Below are positions 48,828 to 58,625 of a stretch of DNA of 64,000 bases, piece by piece. The stretch's first letter is position 1. Every line of letters begins with the position of its first letter. A program made the position numbers and the translations under genes. This DNA comes from a virus. Its lineage: Duplodnaviria > Heunggongvirae > Uroviricota > Caudoviricetes. The DNA lies in IMG/VR virus record IMGVR_UViG_3300041405_000130; one strand, written 5' to 3'. The notes under the pieces are model-generated. The model was not told the origin of the DNA. It did not search any database and was given only the letters and a program-made list of their open reading frames with translations.

Positions 48828-48854
48828 CGACATAAAGCTTCCCCGAAGGGAAGC
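48828..48854 (-). terminator. terminator after DHFR
   Basis: GCTTCCC-TTCG-GGGAAGC-TTTATGTCG. Confidence 0.8.
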
Positions 48855-48858
48855 CCTA

Positions 48859-49341
48859 TTAACGACGTACCCATTTATTAATGGTGCACTCAGGAGAGAG
48901 GTCAGAAGAGACCAGATTCCAACACTGTGGTTTGATGTCAGGACGGAACCACGTATCAGCATGTTCTACCTCTGCATGGATACGGGTAATATGTAATTCA
49001 TCACAACGACCGTAATAGTCATTGAACAACGAGCTACCTCCAATGATAAACAGTTTCTTCAGCTTCAAAGCTTTAGCTGCTTTACGGGCTTCTTCAAAAG
49101 AACGAACCGTAACACAACGTTCATCATCGATTGGGTTAGATGCAATTACGATGCACTGACGACCTGGAAGTTTCTTTGGTGGTAGAGATTCCCATGTCTT
49201 ACGTCCCATCACACAACCGTGACCTTCACCTTTGGTGGTCTCACGGAAGTAAGTCATGTCGGCTTTACATGACCAGGGCAGTTTATTCTGATAACCGATT
49301 TCACCATCGGGACCAGTAGCCGCGATAAGTGCTAAGATCAT
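48859..49341 (-). CDS. frd: dihydrofolate reductase
   Basis: IG..NKLPW, D..YF, MGRKTWESLP, LPGR, IIGG motifs. Confidence 0.93.
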   Translation of the reverse strand: MILALIAATGPDGEIGYQNKLPWSCKADMTYFRETTKGEGHGCVMGRKTWESLPPKKLPGRQCIVIASNPIDDERCVTVRSFEEARKAAKALKLKKLFIIGGSSLFNDYYGRCDELHITRIHAEVEHADTWFRPDIKPQCWNLVSSDLSPECTINKWVRR

Positions 49342-50021
49342 CCGGCTGTTTCCTGCAAGATAGGGCGGGAGAGTTTAGCTACGTCAATGTGACCACGTTC
49401 GTGTTCGATGGTTACGGTGAATACTGGTAGGATACCATCATGGCGGATCTCTACACCAGTAGCTTGACCTAGTTCCCAAACAAACCGATGGAACTCACCT
49501 ACTGATCCGAAGCTGTCTTCAAATTCATAACGACGAATCAATGGAAGATCAATCCCCACCGAATGATCGGTATTCTTCGAACGCATATCCCAGAGACTCT
49601 TAACTTTCAGTGTCTCTGCGTTGATCTCCAGCTGAATACGACCCATAGTAGTCAGTGGGTTATACGGAGCCTTACTGAAACGATCTTTCATTAGGCTAGC
49701 AAATCGACGGACTGCTTCAGGTCGGTTGGGAACCCGGTTATCAATAAACATCAGTTTCATGTACTGAGCAGCAATGACCCGATCCATTTCAATGATTCGG
49801 TCGTTGATCACCATTTTGACCGTGCGAGGCAAGAAGCCTTCTTTGGTCGTAGTGGCTTCTACTAGCTCAGCTACTCGATCACGAATGATCTCAAGGGCTT
49901 CATGTTGTGGCCGCGAATGCAGGTCAGGAGTAAACCCGCCATCGTATTCTGGTTCTGGAGTGTCTGAAGAAACCTGGCGGTATTCTACTTCATCTGCTGC
50001 TTCACATGCGTCTTCGTTCAT
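49338..50021 (-). CDS. hypothetical protein
   Basis: 227-aa ORF, ATGA coupled to DHFR. Confidence 0.7.
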   Translation of the reverse strand: MNEDACEAADEVEYRQVSSDTPEPEYDGGFTPDLHSRPQHEALEIIRDRVAELVEATTTKEGFLPRTVKMVINDRIIEMDRVIAAQYMKLMFIDNRVPNRPEAVRRFASLMKDRFSKAPYNPLTTMGRIQLEINAETLKVKSLWDMRSKNTDHSVGIDLPLIRRYEFEDSFGSVGEFHRFVWELGQATGVEIRHDGILPVFTVTIEHERGHIDVAKLSRPILQETAG

Positions 50022-50051
50022 TGTTATTTCCTTTTTTTGATTGAGTGGTTA

Positions 50052-50855
50052 TTAAAGATGTACGGTGCCAGACGGAGACCAACTAATATCGCCGTAGGGA
50101 TTTGGGATGCTCATGTGCGAGGCGATGTCAGGGCTATTCAATCGTAGATCCATCTTTTGTGGTTCTTCTACAATTGGTGTATTGCTGGTATCTTTGATAC
50201 CATTAAGCACTGTTTTTGGTAGCGGGTTGAAGTTCTGTGGTGTCAGCTTCTTAACCGCATTACCGATTGCTTCTTGAATTTCTTCTTCTGGAATGATTTC
50301 TTCCAGAGCAGATGGAACGTATTTCGAGATGGACTGTTTACCATCTTTCAGTTCGTAAATAAACGAACCACCAAAGCTACCTTTAATCGGAGCAAACTTT
50401 GGATCTTGCGCAGCAATGCAATTGACCAGTGCCAACGAACCATACAGGCCGACATTGTCGATAGTAGTCTGAAAGGTTTCAATTGGTACGGTAGAACCCG
50501 GTACGTAGTCAGGGTGACCCTCTACAGTCATCGGGTGGCGCATGATACCAGAAATAAAGATCGTGTCTTCTTCAGCATCGTAGATGATCTGGTACGAGGT
50601 AGACAGATACTTCATTTTGATCTTGTCTTGGAACTGATAAGAAAAGATCAGGAATTCGAGTGGGTTATACGAAGTTAGGAAAGGATGGTTACCATCCAGA
50701 ATACCCAGCAACAGTTGTGCTTGATTCAGAGACAACTCATGGTCCTGACCAGTTGCACCTTTAAACGTTACACAGTTAGAGATATACTCTTCTCCGCCTT
50801 CAGTCATGCGCATGCGGTTAGCAATGTCATTGAACATGTCGTATACTGGATTCAT
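50052..50855 (-). CDS. hypothetical protein
   Basis: 267-aa ORF. Confidence 0.7.
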   Translation of the reverse strand: MNPVYDMFNDIANRMRMTEGGEEYISNCVTFKGATGQDHELSLNQAQLLLGILDGNHPFLTSYNPLEFLIFSYQFQDKIKMKYLSTSYQIIYDAEEDTIFISGIMRHPMTVEGHPDYVPGSTVPIETFQTTIDNVGLYGSLALVNCIAAQDPKFAPIKGSFGGSFIYELKDGKQSISKYVPSALEEIIPEEEIQEAIGNAVKKLTPQNFNPLPKTVLNGIKDTSNTPIVEEPQKMDLRLNSPDIASHMSIPNPYGDISWSPSGTVHL

Positions 50856-51232
50856 TTCTTAATTACCTTTGCTGGTTCTGGTGGAGGTTGTGGAATGGTA
50901 GCTAGGTCTACGTATCGTTCGTGCAATACCTTAGCTGTGATTACGGAATAACCCATAATCCGTTTCTTTTTATCACGATGGAATCTTACCCAGTCCCCTG
51001 GACAGATTACGTACTCTAGATCACCGATCCTTTTACTGATGGTACCATGAGTATCCATTCGTCGATTACAAGTGTGACACAGTTGTGCACCTGTAAATGA
51101 ACCGTAGGTAACATGTCGTCCTACTACGGCTCCACTATTGATGTTGTTGATTACGCCATCACCTGGCATATCGCCATTCTTTAACCATTGATAGACTTCA
51201 ATGGGTTCTGGCTTTGGGATGTATACCGACAT
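50852..51232 (-). CDS. hypothetical protein
   Basis: 126-aa ORF with C..C..RMDTHG...ICPGDW, a family common in phages. Confidence 0.7.
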   Translation of the reverse strand: MSVYIPKPEPIEVYQWLKNGDMPGDGVINNINSGAVVGRHVTYGSFTGAQLCHTCNRRMDTHGTISKRIGDLEYVICPGDWVRFHRDKKKRIMGYSVITAKVLHERYVDLATIPQPPPEPAKVIKK

Positions 51233-51547
51233 TCCCAGTCCTCTTGTGATATTGAATACATAGTCTAAGGCTTTCTTGTAATTAAACTCATTAGCTCCTG
51301 TAAGGTATCTAAAAGAGGAATAAGGATGGAAGCTAAGGGTATACCAGGGTTTGTTTCTATAAGCCTCTAATGATGTTATAAAGCGAATAAAAAGCCTCCC
51401 TCCTTTGCTCTTAGCAGTCCTCTAACATACTATGCGTAGGGGAGGTAAAATCTTCCCAAAGAAGTAAATTGAGAAATACTAGGGAGCCTAAAACTATGTT
51501 TAATCACCCTCATCTCAATATCTCAAACAGACTGACAAGGCACTGCA

Positions 51548-53833
51548 ATGATCAAGACTTTTATCAAGATGGACGGTACTGAAGAACCGTACATGCCACA
51601 CAAAGCAAACGGCTGGGGTGAGTGGTTCTCGAAGAACCTGATCGACATCGATTGGGCTGGCGTCGTAATGGACGTAGTAGCAGAAATGCCAGAGAAGGTA
51701 CACTCGCAAGATTTCCAACAAGCTCTTATTAATAAGCTATTGGATATCGGGACTTGGTCCGCTTATGTTGCAGCAGGTCGACTGTATGCTGTATTGATTC
51801 GTAAGAAGATCTATGGCACCGAAGGTGTGCCAACGCTGAAGACGCTGCACACACGCATGCGTAAAGACAAAGTCATGGTGAAGTTGGATTACTCCACTCG
51901 CGAATACGCCCAGATTGAAAAGATGCTCAAGCATGATCTGGATATGGATTCCCCACACTTTGCATTGCACCACATTCGTCAGAAGTATTCCCTGATGAAT
52001 CGGGTAACCAAAAAAGAATACGAAACTCCACAGTTCACATACATGCGTATGGCTATGGCTCTCTCCGAGAAAGAGCCGGTCGAAACACGCATGACTCACG
52101 TCCGTAATTTCTACGAGATGTTTTCACAACGTGAACTGTCTGCTCCAACTCCGAACTATGTAAACCTGGGTACAGTGCTCCGTGGTTTTGCTTCTTGCTG
52201 CCTGTTTGCATCTGGCGACAACGGTGTGTCGCTGGCAGTGGGTGACTTCATTGCTAACGTGATGACACAGAAAGCTGCCGGTATTGGTGTTAACCTAATC
52301 ACGCGTTCGATCAACGATCCGGTACGTGGTGGTCTGATCAAGCACCAAGGTAAACTGCCTTACATTGCTGCTCAAGGTAAAGCTGTTCGTGCTAACACAC
52401 AAAACGGTCGTGGTGGTGCAATCTCGTTGTACTACAACGTCTACGATCCAGAAGTAGAAACTATCGCTCGTCTACGTAACCCTAAGTCGACAGACGACAA
52501 GAAGAACCGTGACCTGCACTACGCTCTGATGACCAACACCTTTACTGCGTGGCTGGTTGCAAACAACAAAGAGATGATGACCTGGAACATCTTTACTGCT
52601 CCGGATCTGCACGAAGCTTTCTACAACGGTGACGTCGGTAAGTTTATCGACCTGTATCTGAAGTATGAGAAAGACCCTGCCTTTAAGAAAGTGTACGTCA
52701 ATGCTCGTAAGATCGTTCTGACTGCACTGAACGAAGGTATTGAGACCGGTACAGCGTACTGGGCTAACATGACCGAGATCAACCGTCATACGCCGTTCCT
52801 TGATCCGATCCTGTCGTCTAACCTCTGCTTGGAAATCTGCCAACCTACTGCACCGTACTACTCGATGCAAGACCTGCACTCTTCGGAAGATCATGGTCGT
52901 GGTGAGATCGCTACTTGTTCGCTGGCTGCAATTGTAGTTAACAACATCTACACGCAAGAACGTTACCAAGAAGTAGCGTACTACGCGTTGAAGATGATCG
53001 ACTATTGCATCGACAACTCTGAGTATGCATTCCCACACCTAGAGATGACTGCTAAGGCTCGTCGTTCTGCTGGTGTTGGTATCATGGGTCTGGCTACCCA
53101 CATGGCCCGTAACAAACTGAAGTACTCGTCTGAGGAAGGTTTGCATGAGATGCACCGCATTGCAGAAATGCACATGTACTGCCTCATCAATGCTTCTCTG
53201 CGTATTGCTGATGAACGTGGCGTAGCTCCATGGATTCATAAGACCAAGTGGCCACAAGGCTGGCTCCCACTCGACACTTACAACCGTAACGTCGACACGA
53301 TCGTTGAAGGTGGCTTCAAGAACCTGCAAGATTGGGAACCGCTGCGTGCCCGTATCATTGCCAAAGGTGGTCTCGCCCACTCGGTACTGGCTGCATTCAT
53401 GCCTGGTGAAGCATCGTCGAAAGCTCTGGGTGGTGCAAACTCCCTTTACGCTGTTCGTGCTCTGACAATCATCAAGACCGACAACGCTATCTCTATTCAA
53501 TGGGCTGCTCCTTACGGTGACAATCCTGAGTACGAATACGAAATCGCTTGGGAAATCCCGACTCGTCGGCAGATCGACGGTTACTGTGTATGGCAGAAGT
53601 GGACTGATGGGGGTATTTCTGCAGACCTGTTCCGTCGTATTCTTCCAGGTCAAGAACACATCTACTCGAACGAACTGATTGATGATTGGTTGTACATGAA
53701 CTATCGTGGCCAGAAAACTCGTTACTACCACAACGTGGAAATCGTGGCGGGTGCAGACTTGAACGGCGGTGTATCTGCGTTCTCTAACACGCTTGAAGAT
53801 GCTGGTTGTGCCAGCGGCGCTTGCTCCCTCTAA
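51548..53833 (+). CDS. nrdA: ribonucleotide reductase class Ia alpha subunit
   Basis: N-terminal ATP-cone-like IK.DG..E, ASCCL, SSNLCLEI, TCSL, YYHN, C-terminal GCASGACSL. Confidence 0.95.
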   Translation: MIKTFIKMDGTEEPYMPHKANGWGEWFSKNLIDIDWAGVVMDVVAEMPEKVHSQDFQQALINKLLDIGTWSAYVAAGRLYAVLIRKKIYGTEGVPTLKTLHTRMRKDKVMVKLDYSTREYAQIEKMLKHDLDMDSPHFALHHIRQKYSLMNRVTKKEYETPQFTYMRMAMALSEKEPVETRMTHVRNFYEMFSQRELSAPTPNYVNLGTVLRGFASCCLFASGDNGVSLAVGDFIANVMTQKAAGIGVNLITRSINDPVRGGLIKHQGKLPYIAAQGKAVRANTQNGRGGAISLYYNVYDPEVETIARLRNPKSTDDKKNRDLHYALMTNTFTAWLVANNKEMMTWNIFTAPDLHEAFYNGDVGKFIDLYLKYEKDPAFKKVYVNARKIVLTALNEGIETGTAYWANMTEINRHTPFLDPILSSNLCLEICQPTAPYYSMQDLHSSEDHGRGEIATCSLAAIVVNNIYTQERYQEVAYYALKMIDYCIDNSEYAFPHLEMTAKARRSAGVGIMGLATHMARNKLKYSSEEGLHEMHRIAEMHMYCLINASLRIADERGVAPWIHKTKWPQGWLPLDTYNRNVDTIVEGGFKNLQDWEPLRARIIAKGGLAHSVLAAFMPGEASSKALGGANSLYAVRALTIIKTDNAISIQWAAPYGDNPEYEYEIAWEIPTRRQIDGYCVWQKWTDGGISADLFRRILPGQEHIYSNELIDDWLYMNYRGQKTRYYHNVEIVAGADLNGGVSAFSNTLEDAGCASGACSL

Positions 53834-53840
53834 ATAGAAC

Positions 53841-53858
53841 GGGTGACTTCGGTCACCC
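53841..53858 (+). terminator. UUCG hairpin between nrdA and nrdB (attenuator or stabiliser)
   Basis: GGGTGAC-TTCG-GTCACCC with no T tract. Confidence 0.5.
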
Positions 53859-53882
53859 TCAATCCCCAATTGGAAGAAACAA

Positions 53883-55103
53883 ATGACTGGCACTGTTGCT
53901 GACATCGCACCAAAGATCTTTAACCTAAGTAAAGGGGACTACGGTTCCTACAACATCATTTTGGGTGAAGACCCAGGTCTGTTGGATTCGATCACACACA
54001 ACCACCCCGAAGCATGGGCGCTGTATAAACGTCTGCGTAATTTGGACTGGGACGAACTGGAGTTCGACTTCTTTACATGTAACGCTGAATTCAAGAATGC
54101 CGAGAAGTCTGTCTACGACATGATGATCAAAACTCTGGCATGGCAATGGGAAGCGGACTCCGTGGCTTCCCGTTCGATCGTAACTATTCTGGGTAACGTC
54201 ATTACTGATGGCCGCATCTGGACTGGCTACAACCGTATCTCTGAAAACGAATGTGTTCATGCACTGACGTACTCTGAGATCGTTCGTGGTTCTTTCGATG
54301 ACCCTGATGAAATCCGTGAAGAGATCCTCAAGGTAGAAGAAGCACACAGTCGTATGAAGATTGTGTCGGAAGTAATGGCTAAGGCTCACGAGACCTCCCT
54401 GAAATATGGTTTGGGTCAAGTAGAGAACTGCCAAGAAACCTACAACGACATTTTCATGTTCCTGATTGCTCTGTACTTCTTGGAGCGTATTCAGTTCATG
54501 GCATCTTTCGCTGTGACGTTTGCAATTGGTCGTACTGGTATGTTCCAGCAGATCACTAAAGCCGTCCAGAAGATCGCTGTCGACGAATTCGAGATTCACG
54601 CACAGTTCGGTCAGCATGTACTGCGTTCGGAGCTTGCAACGGAACGTGGGCGTACTGCTTACGAACAATGCAAAGACAAGATTGTTCGTCTGCTGTGGGA
54701 AATCATTCGCACTGAAGTTGAATGGGCAATGTACCTGTTCTCCGAAGGTCGTGAACTGACTGGTGTTACTGCCAAGTCTCTGATTCAATGGGTTCTGTTT
54801 AACGCTAAAGCGGCAGCAGAGTTCCTGAACGTCAAAGACGATATCTTCTTCCGCTTCGATTACGACTTCGAGCAGATTGCAGGCTTCCCGTTTGAGTGGC
54901 CAGAGAAGAACCCACTGCCGTACATGACTAAGTATATTCAGCTGTCCGCTACTCAGTCTTCGGCACAGGAAGAGAAGAAAGGCGATTACATGACTAACTT
55001 GCTGACTCGTCGCAACGAACGTGATGTATTCGAATTCACCATTCCTGGTTTCGACATGTCCAAGCTAGAAAATTATCAACCGGCAGAACAACTACCGGCG
55101 TAA
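53883..55103 (+). CDS. nrdB: ribonucleotide reductase class Ia beta subunit
   Basis: Di-iron ligands EADSV, E.VHALTY, LE.IQF, DEF.IH. Confidence 0.93.
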   Translation: MTGTVADIAPKIFNLSKGDYGSYNIILGEDPGLLDSITHNHPEAWALYKRLRNLDWDELEFDFFTCNAEFKNAEKSVYDMMIKTLAWQWEADSVASRSIVTILGNVITDGRIWTGYNRISENECVHALTYSEIVRGSFDDPDEIREEILKVEEAHSRMKIVSEVMAKAHETSLKYGLGQVENCQETYNDIFMFLIALYFLERIQFMASFAVTFAIGRTGMFQQITKAVQKIAVDEFEIHAQFGQHVLRSELATERGRTAYEQCKDKIVRLLWEIIRTEVEWAMYLFSEGRELTGVTAKSLIQWVLFNAKAAAEFLNVKDDIFFRFDYDFEQIAGFPFEWPEKNPLPYMTKYIQLSATQSSAQEEKKGDYMTNLLTRRNERDVFEFTIPGFDMSKLENYQPAEQLPA

Positions 55104-55122
55104 GGATCTAACGGCAAAAAAT

Positions 55123-55151
55123 GGCTTCCTTTAGGGGAAGCCTTTATGTCG
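55123..55151 (+). terminator. terminator, TTTATG family
   Basis: GGCTTCCT-TTAG-GGGAAGCC-TTTATGTCG. Confidence 0.75.
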
Positions 55152-55196
55152 TCATAATCCTATACATCAAACAAACACTACACAAGGAAACAACGC

Positions 55197-57056
55197 ATGA
55201 ACGTTTATGAGTGGATGGGTGCAACTGAGAGCGAGCCCCCTTTACACGAAGATGATTCCCGAGAGAATCCAACGCACCGCCCTCAAGTCCCACACGAAGA
55301 TGATGATAGCAATCGTCAGCATCACGGTGATTCGTCACCTGCCGGGGGTGGGCGCGTTCATGAAGAAGATGAACATCAAGTTGATCGAGTAATTGCAGAT
55401 CGACACATGGTTGAAGACATGACCTGCTCTAATGAGAGCATTATCGAAGACGTCCGTAAGTTCTTCAAGTTTCATAACCGTGGAAAAGACTTCTTTGAAC
55501 TCGACGGTAATGCTAAAGCCAACATGGCTAAAGTATATGCAAACTTAGAAAAGACATTTGGTTCTAAGGAATGGCTGGAAAAGCAAACCCCAATCAAAGG
55601 CTCTATCAAAGTTGGGGATCTGGCTGATCGCCTTAACTTGGATAATCTGTCTGGAACCGTTCAAGAAACATCCGCTATTAATATCGCTTTTGCTACGTCT
55701 GTAGACAACGCCCAGCTAGAAATCATCAAACAACTGAAACCTCTGTTGGTGGGCTGGACACCAGGTAAACTAACCGATAAAGTGTACGAGAAAACTCGTG
55801 ACGGTTTAAGTGATGTGAAGACGGTTATTGACGTAATCAAGAAACCTAGTCGCAGCAAAACATCGTTACTTGATGGTAAGACAAGTGATGCTGTAAAACC
55901 AGCACTAACACTAGATGAAACTCTTGAGTTAGCCCAAACCATCTTGAAGTGTATGAAAGATGACGTTGCGCGTATCGATGGTCAGAATGATGAACTCGAT
56001 CGTAACCTAGGTGAATTCTTTGATGCCCATCACGAAATTATCCGTGAGGATGACCATAGTGAATCATACAACTCACAAGCCTGGGAAAAGCTTTCTTCGG
56101 CAGTCCTTCGGAAACTAAGCCATAACGGTATCCCTGAAGCATTAGCAGCCTTCCGTCAATTTGAAGGGGCATGTATTGCAGCTGTGATTTATATGGAGCG
56201 TTCGTTCAAAGGTGGTAAGGGTGTATCAGTCGAGCATCACACCGATGAAACAGTATCCAACGAAGGTTTTCTGGATGCGATAAAGGATCTGTTTAAGTCC
56301 AAACCTAAAGATGTCCAGATTAAAGCAGACATCGATCAAACGGTACTGAAGCAACTGCAAGAAACTGTATTGAACGATAACTGGTTAAAACAACAGAAGT
56401 TCAACGAAGGTACAGTTAGCGTACGTTTTCCAGATGCTGTAAAGAACGGCGATTACAAACCTGTCCTGCAACGCGTTAAGCAAGAATTGGCTACTACCGC
56501 CAAGTACAACGCCGGTAAGGCAAATGCTTGGCTAAATCCAATTAAGCAGGCGATGGATATAATCATCGAAGGTCGTGTGAACGGGGTCAGTCTAGAACAG
56601 GCCGAGGCACTGCGTGAACTTGCAGATTATGATAATTTGGACTTTGATGTTGATTACAAAGAACCAAATAACTTCTTGAGCGATGACGCCGAAGTAGAAG
56701 TTCCAGCGCTAGATGAAGCTGGCATTAAAGATGCGGTCAATGCAATTATCGAACTGGTTAAAGCTCGTGAACTGTATACCCGTACTTCAACAGGGAATAT
56801 CCCTGGCGGTATTCCTCACACCAGTATGCACAAGATTCGAGCAGTGCGTGATGAAGAAACACGGGATGTCCTGATAGATCTCCATGAAGAAATCAGCAAC
56901 ATTACGGATTACGCCATTGAAACGTTCTTTCAAAATCAGTATGCTTACTTTGACTTATTCGAAGCCTTGGCTAAACCCCTGATGGATTGGATTCAGAAAT
57001 CTATTTCTGGTATCAAATACAGTAACGAGGCAATTGCTGATGTGGGAAAGCTCTAA
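55197..57056 (+). CDS. phiKZ-type inner-head/virion paralogue-family protein with an acidic His-rich propeptide and repeated modules starting at SNE
   Basis: SNE at aa 78, 354 and 609; modules share TxxNxxWLxxQ; ends SNEAIADVGKL*. Confidence 0.75.
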   Translation: MNVYEWMGATESEPPLHEDDSRENPTHRPQVPHEDDDSNRQHHGDSSPAGGGRVHEEDEHQVDRVIADRHMVEDMTCSNESIIEDVRKFFKFHNRGKDFFELDGNAKANMAKVYANLEKTFGSKEWLEKQTPIKGSIKVGDLADRLNLDNLSGTVQETSAINIAFATSVDNAQLEIIKQLKPLLVGWTPGKLTDKVYEKTRDGLSDVKTVIDVIKKPSRSKTSLLDGKTSDAVKPALTLDETLELAQTILKCMKDDVARIDGQNDELDRNLGEFFDAHHEIIREDDHSESYNSQAWEKLSSAVLRKLSHNGIPEALAAFRQFEGACIAAVIYMERSFKGGKGVSVEHHTDETVSNEGFLDAIKDLFKSKPKDVQIKADIDQTVLKQLQETVLNDNWLKQQKFNEGTVSVRFPDAVKNGDYKPVLQRVKQELATTAKYNAGKANAWLNPIKQAMDIIIEGRVNGVSLEQAEALRELADYDNLDFDVDYKEPNNFLSDDAEVEVPALDEAGIKDAVNAIIELVKARELYTRTSTGNIPGGIPHTSMHKIRAVRDEETRDVLIDLHEEISNITDYAIETFFQNQYAYFDLFEALAKPLMDWIQKSISGIKYSNEAIADVGKL

Positions 57057-57106
57057 GTGGTTTCGTTAAGGCAGGGGAAAGAGATCCCACTGTCGTAGGG
57101 GACCAC
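57044..57106 (+). promoter_or_regulatory. candidate programmed -1 ribosomal frameshift signal
   Basis: Slippery heptamer G GGA AAG (57044-57050) and a stem-loop at 57057-57106 starting 6 nt later. Confidence 0.7.
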
Positions 57107-57796
57107 AACTATCAGAACGCAAAGAAATTAGTTACACAGACGTTTTTCAATGATAGTTGGTTAGCTAAACAGAAGTTCACAGGCAAGCCCGTGAAAGTAT
57201 CCTTCCCAGGAAACCTAACGGCGTTTGACAACTCACTCATCGATACCATTCGGCAGGATGCACAACCCCATTCGAACAAGGCTAAGGAATACTTACAAGC
57301 TGGTTTCAAACCAGTCAATGAAGTAATCCATTACCTGTATCAACATGGATGGGAAAACGATCCTAAGAAAGCCAAGTGGCTGCTAGACAACACAGACTTC
57401 AAGTTTAATCTGAAAGCACCACATATTCAGATTGCTAAGCCCTTAGTAGAGCATGAACTACCCGCTCTGGATAAGAAGTCTATCAAGGATGTTGCTAAAA
57501 CATTCTTAGATCTAGTGGAACTGAAACGTGAACTCTGGGACGTACATCTAATCCGTATTTGGAAAACGTTTGGTGAAGAAGGTAATCATTACGCTCGTGG
57601 TGGTAAACGCTATCGTGATGCCGAAGCTACTAATGCGCCAAAAGAAGTTTATCAGTTGTTTGAGAAACTCCAAAAGTACGGGACTGTATTCGAAGACTTC
57701 CTTTATAAGTTCAACTCATCTTACACGGAGATCACGGTCCCTACAGCGGACGGGTTGTTACGTTGGTTGACTCGATCGGTAGAACCACAGGAATAA
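57050..57796 (+). CDS. -1 frame extension (third module) of the 55197 protein; track calls only 57191..57796 from GTG
   Basis: Frame open from 57041; ALSGFVKAGERDPTVVGDHNYQNAKKLVTQTFFNDSWLAKQKFTGKPVKVSFP aligns with module 2 ETVLNDNWLKQQKFNEGTVSVRFP. Confidence 0.75.
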   Translation, partial: ALSGFVKAGERDPTVVGDHNYQNAKKLVTQTFFNDSWLAKQKFTGKPVKVSFPGNLTAFDNSLIDTIRQDAQPHSNKAKEYLQAGFKPVNEVIHYLYQHGWENDPKKAKWLLDNTDFKFNLKAPHIQIAKPLVEHELPALDKKSIKDVAKTFLDLVELKRELWDVHLIRIWKTFGEEGNHYARGGKRYRDAEATNAPKEVYQLFEKLQKYGTVFEDFLYKFNSSYTEITVPTADGLLRWLTRSVEPQE

Positions 57797-57819
57797 AATA
57801 CTGGCGGTGAGATAGTATA
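57795..57819 (+). promoter_or_regulatory. bipartite promoter motif AAAATACT-N10-TAGTATA
   Basis: Recurrent motif. Confidence 0.6.
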
Positions 57820-57946
57820 GTTGAGGACGTACGCGCCTTAACACCACCCAGTCACCAGCCGGAGCATCCTACGGAGCGCTTCTAGAAGAGATCCTTCTGT
57901 GATTGTCACATCTTAAGGGCTGTCCTTCGGGATGGCCCTTATGCCG
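57820..57946 (+). ncRNA. candidate small RNA between promoter motif and terminator
   Basis: No ORF; 5' hairpin 57820-57842; ends at terminator 57916-57946. Confidence 0.4.
57916..57946 (+). terminator. terminator, UUCG/TATGCCG family
   Basis: AGGGCTGTCC-TTCG-GGATGGCCCT-TATGCCG. Confidence 0.8.
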
Positions 57947-57976
57947 TTATCGTATGTTAACAATGGAGATACACTA

Positions 57977-58501
57977 ATGAGTACCTTTACTCGATTTACC
58001 GCAAAAGAACAACTAACATACGACGAAGAAGCCAGTCATATCCTCGGTAAAACTTACTACCGTACGGTTCCAGGCTTTCGTTATTACATCGGGCATGAGA
58101 ACTCGGATAAATATGTAGACGTTCCTACAGGCTTCCTGACGGACGGTGCATCGGTTCCTTTCTTGTTCCAACTGTTGATTCCCGTCTTAGGCGAATACTC
58201 ACAGGCTACCACCCTACACGATTTCCTCTGCGAACGATATGAAATTACCCAGGTCATCAATGGTGTACCTACACAGGTAAAAATCGACCGAGCAGAAGTT
58301 GACCGTATTCTTTACGAGGCAATGCGTGTTCTGGAAGTTGCTGCTTGGAGACGTAACGTTATTCAAGTTGGTGTCGATGCTTACCGTGTCTTTAAACGAC
58401 CAACCAAACCGGTCGTCAATCCAAAGAAAGCGGAGCTAGAACGTGAACCTAATCGTCAAAGCAATGGCAGCACCAGTTACGGAATTACTGAAGCAATTTA
58501 A
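57977..58501 (+). CDS. DUF1353-family protein
   Basis: VP.GF.TDGASVP...G.Y..A..LHDFL; start ATG 57977 with SD GGAG. Confidence 0.8.
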   Translation: MSTFTRFTAKEQLTYDEEASHILGKTYYRTVPGFRYYIGHENSDKYVDVPTGFLTDGASVPFLFQLLIPVLGEYSQATTLHDFLCERYEITQVINGVPTQVKIDRAEVDRILYEAMRVLEVAAWRRNVIQVGVDAYRVFKRPTKPVVNPKKAELEREPNRQSNGSTSYGITEAI

Positions 58502-58625
58502 AGTAGATCCGATCGTCAATGAACCAGGCAACGAAATGATTCGTATCGGCTTCGGTCGTAATAAGCATCGGGGGTTTGCTCGTGTGGATGTATGGAACCG
58601 TGGATTCCGAGTGACTGCCCGATGA
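58443..58625 (+). CDS. small hypothetical protein
   Basis: 60-aa ORF whose TGA overlaps the next ATG (ATGA). Confidence 0.5.
   Translation: MNLIVKAMAAPVTELLKQFKVDPIVNEPGNEMIRIGFGRNKHRGFARVDVWNRGFRVTAR

Noticed and set aside
51380-51500. NrdR boxes or riboswitch in the nrdA leader
   Set aside because: No convincing NrdR palindrome; only one modest CCTCCC/GGGAGG pairing
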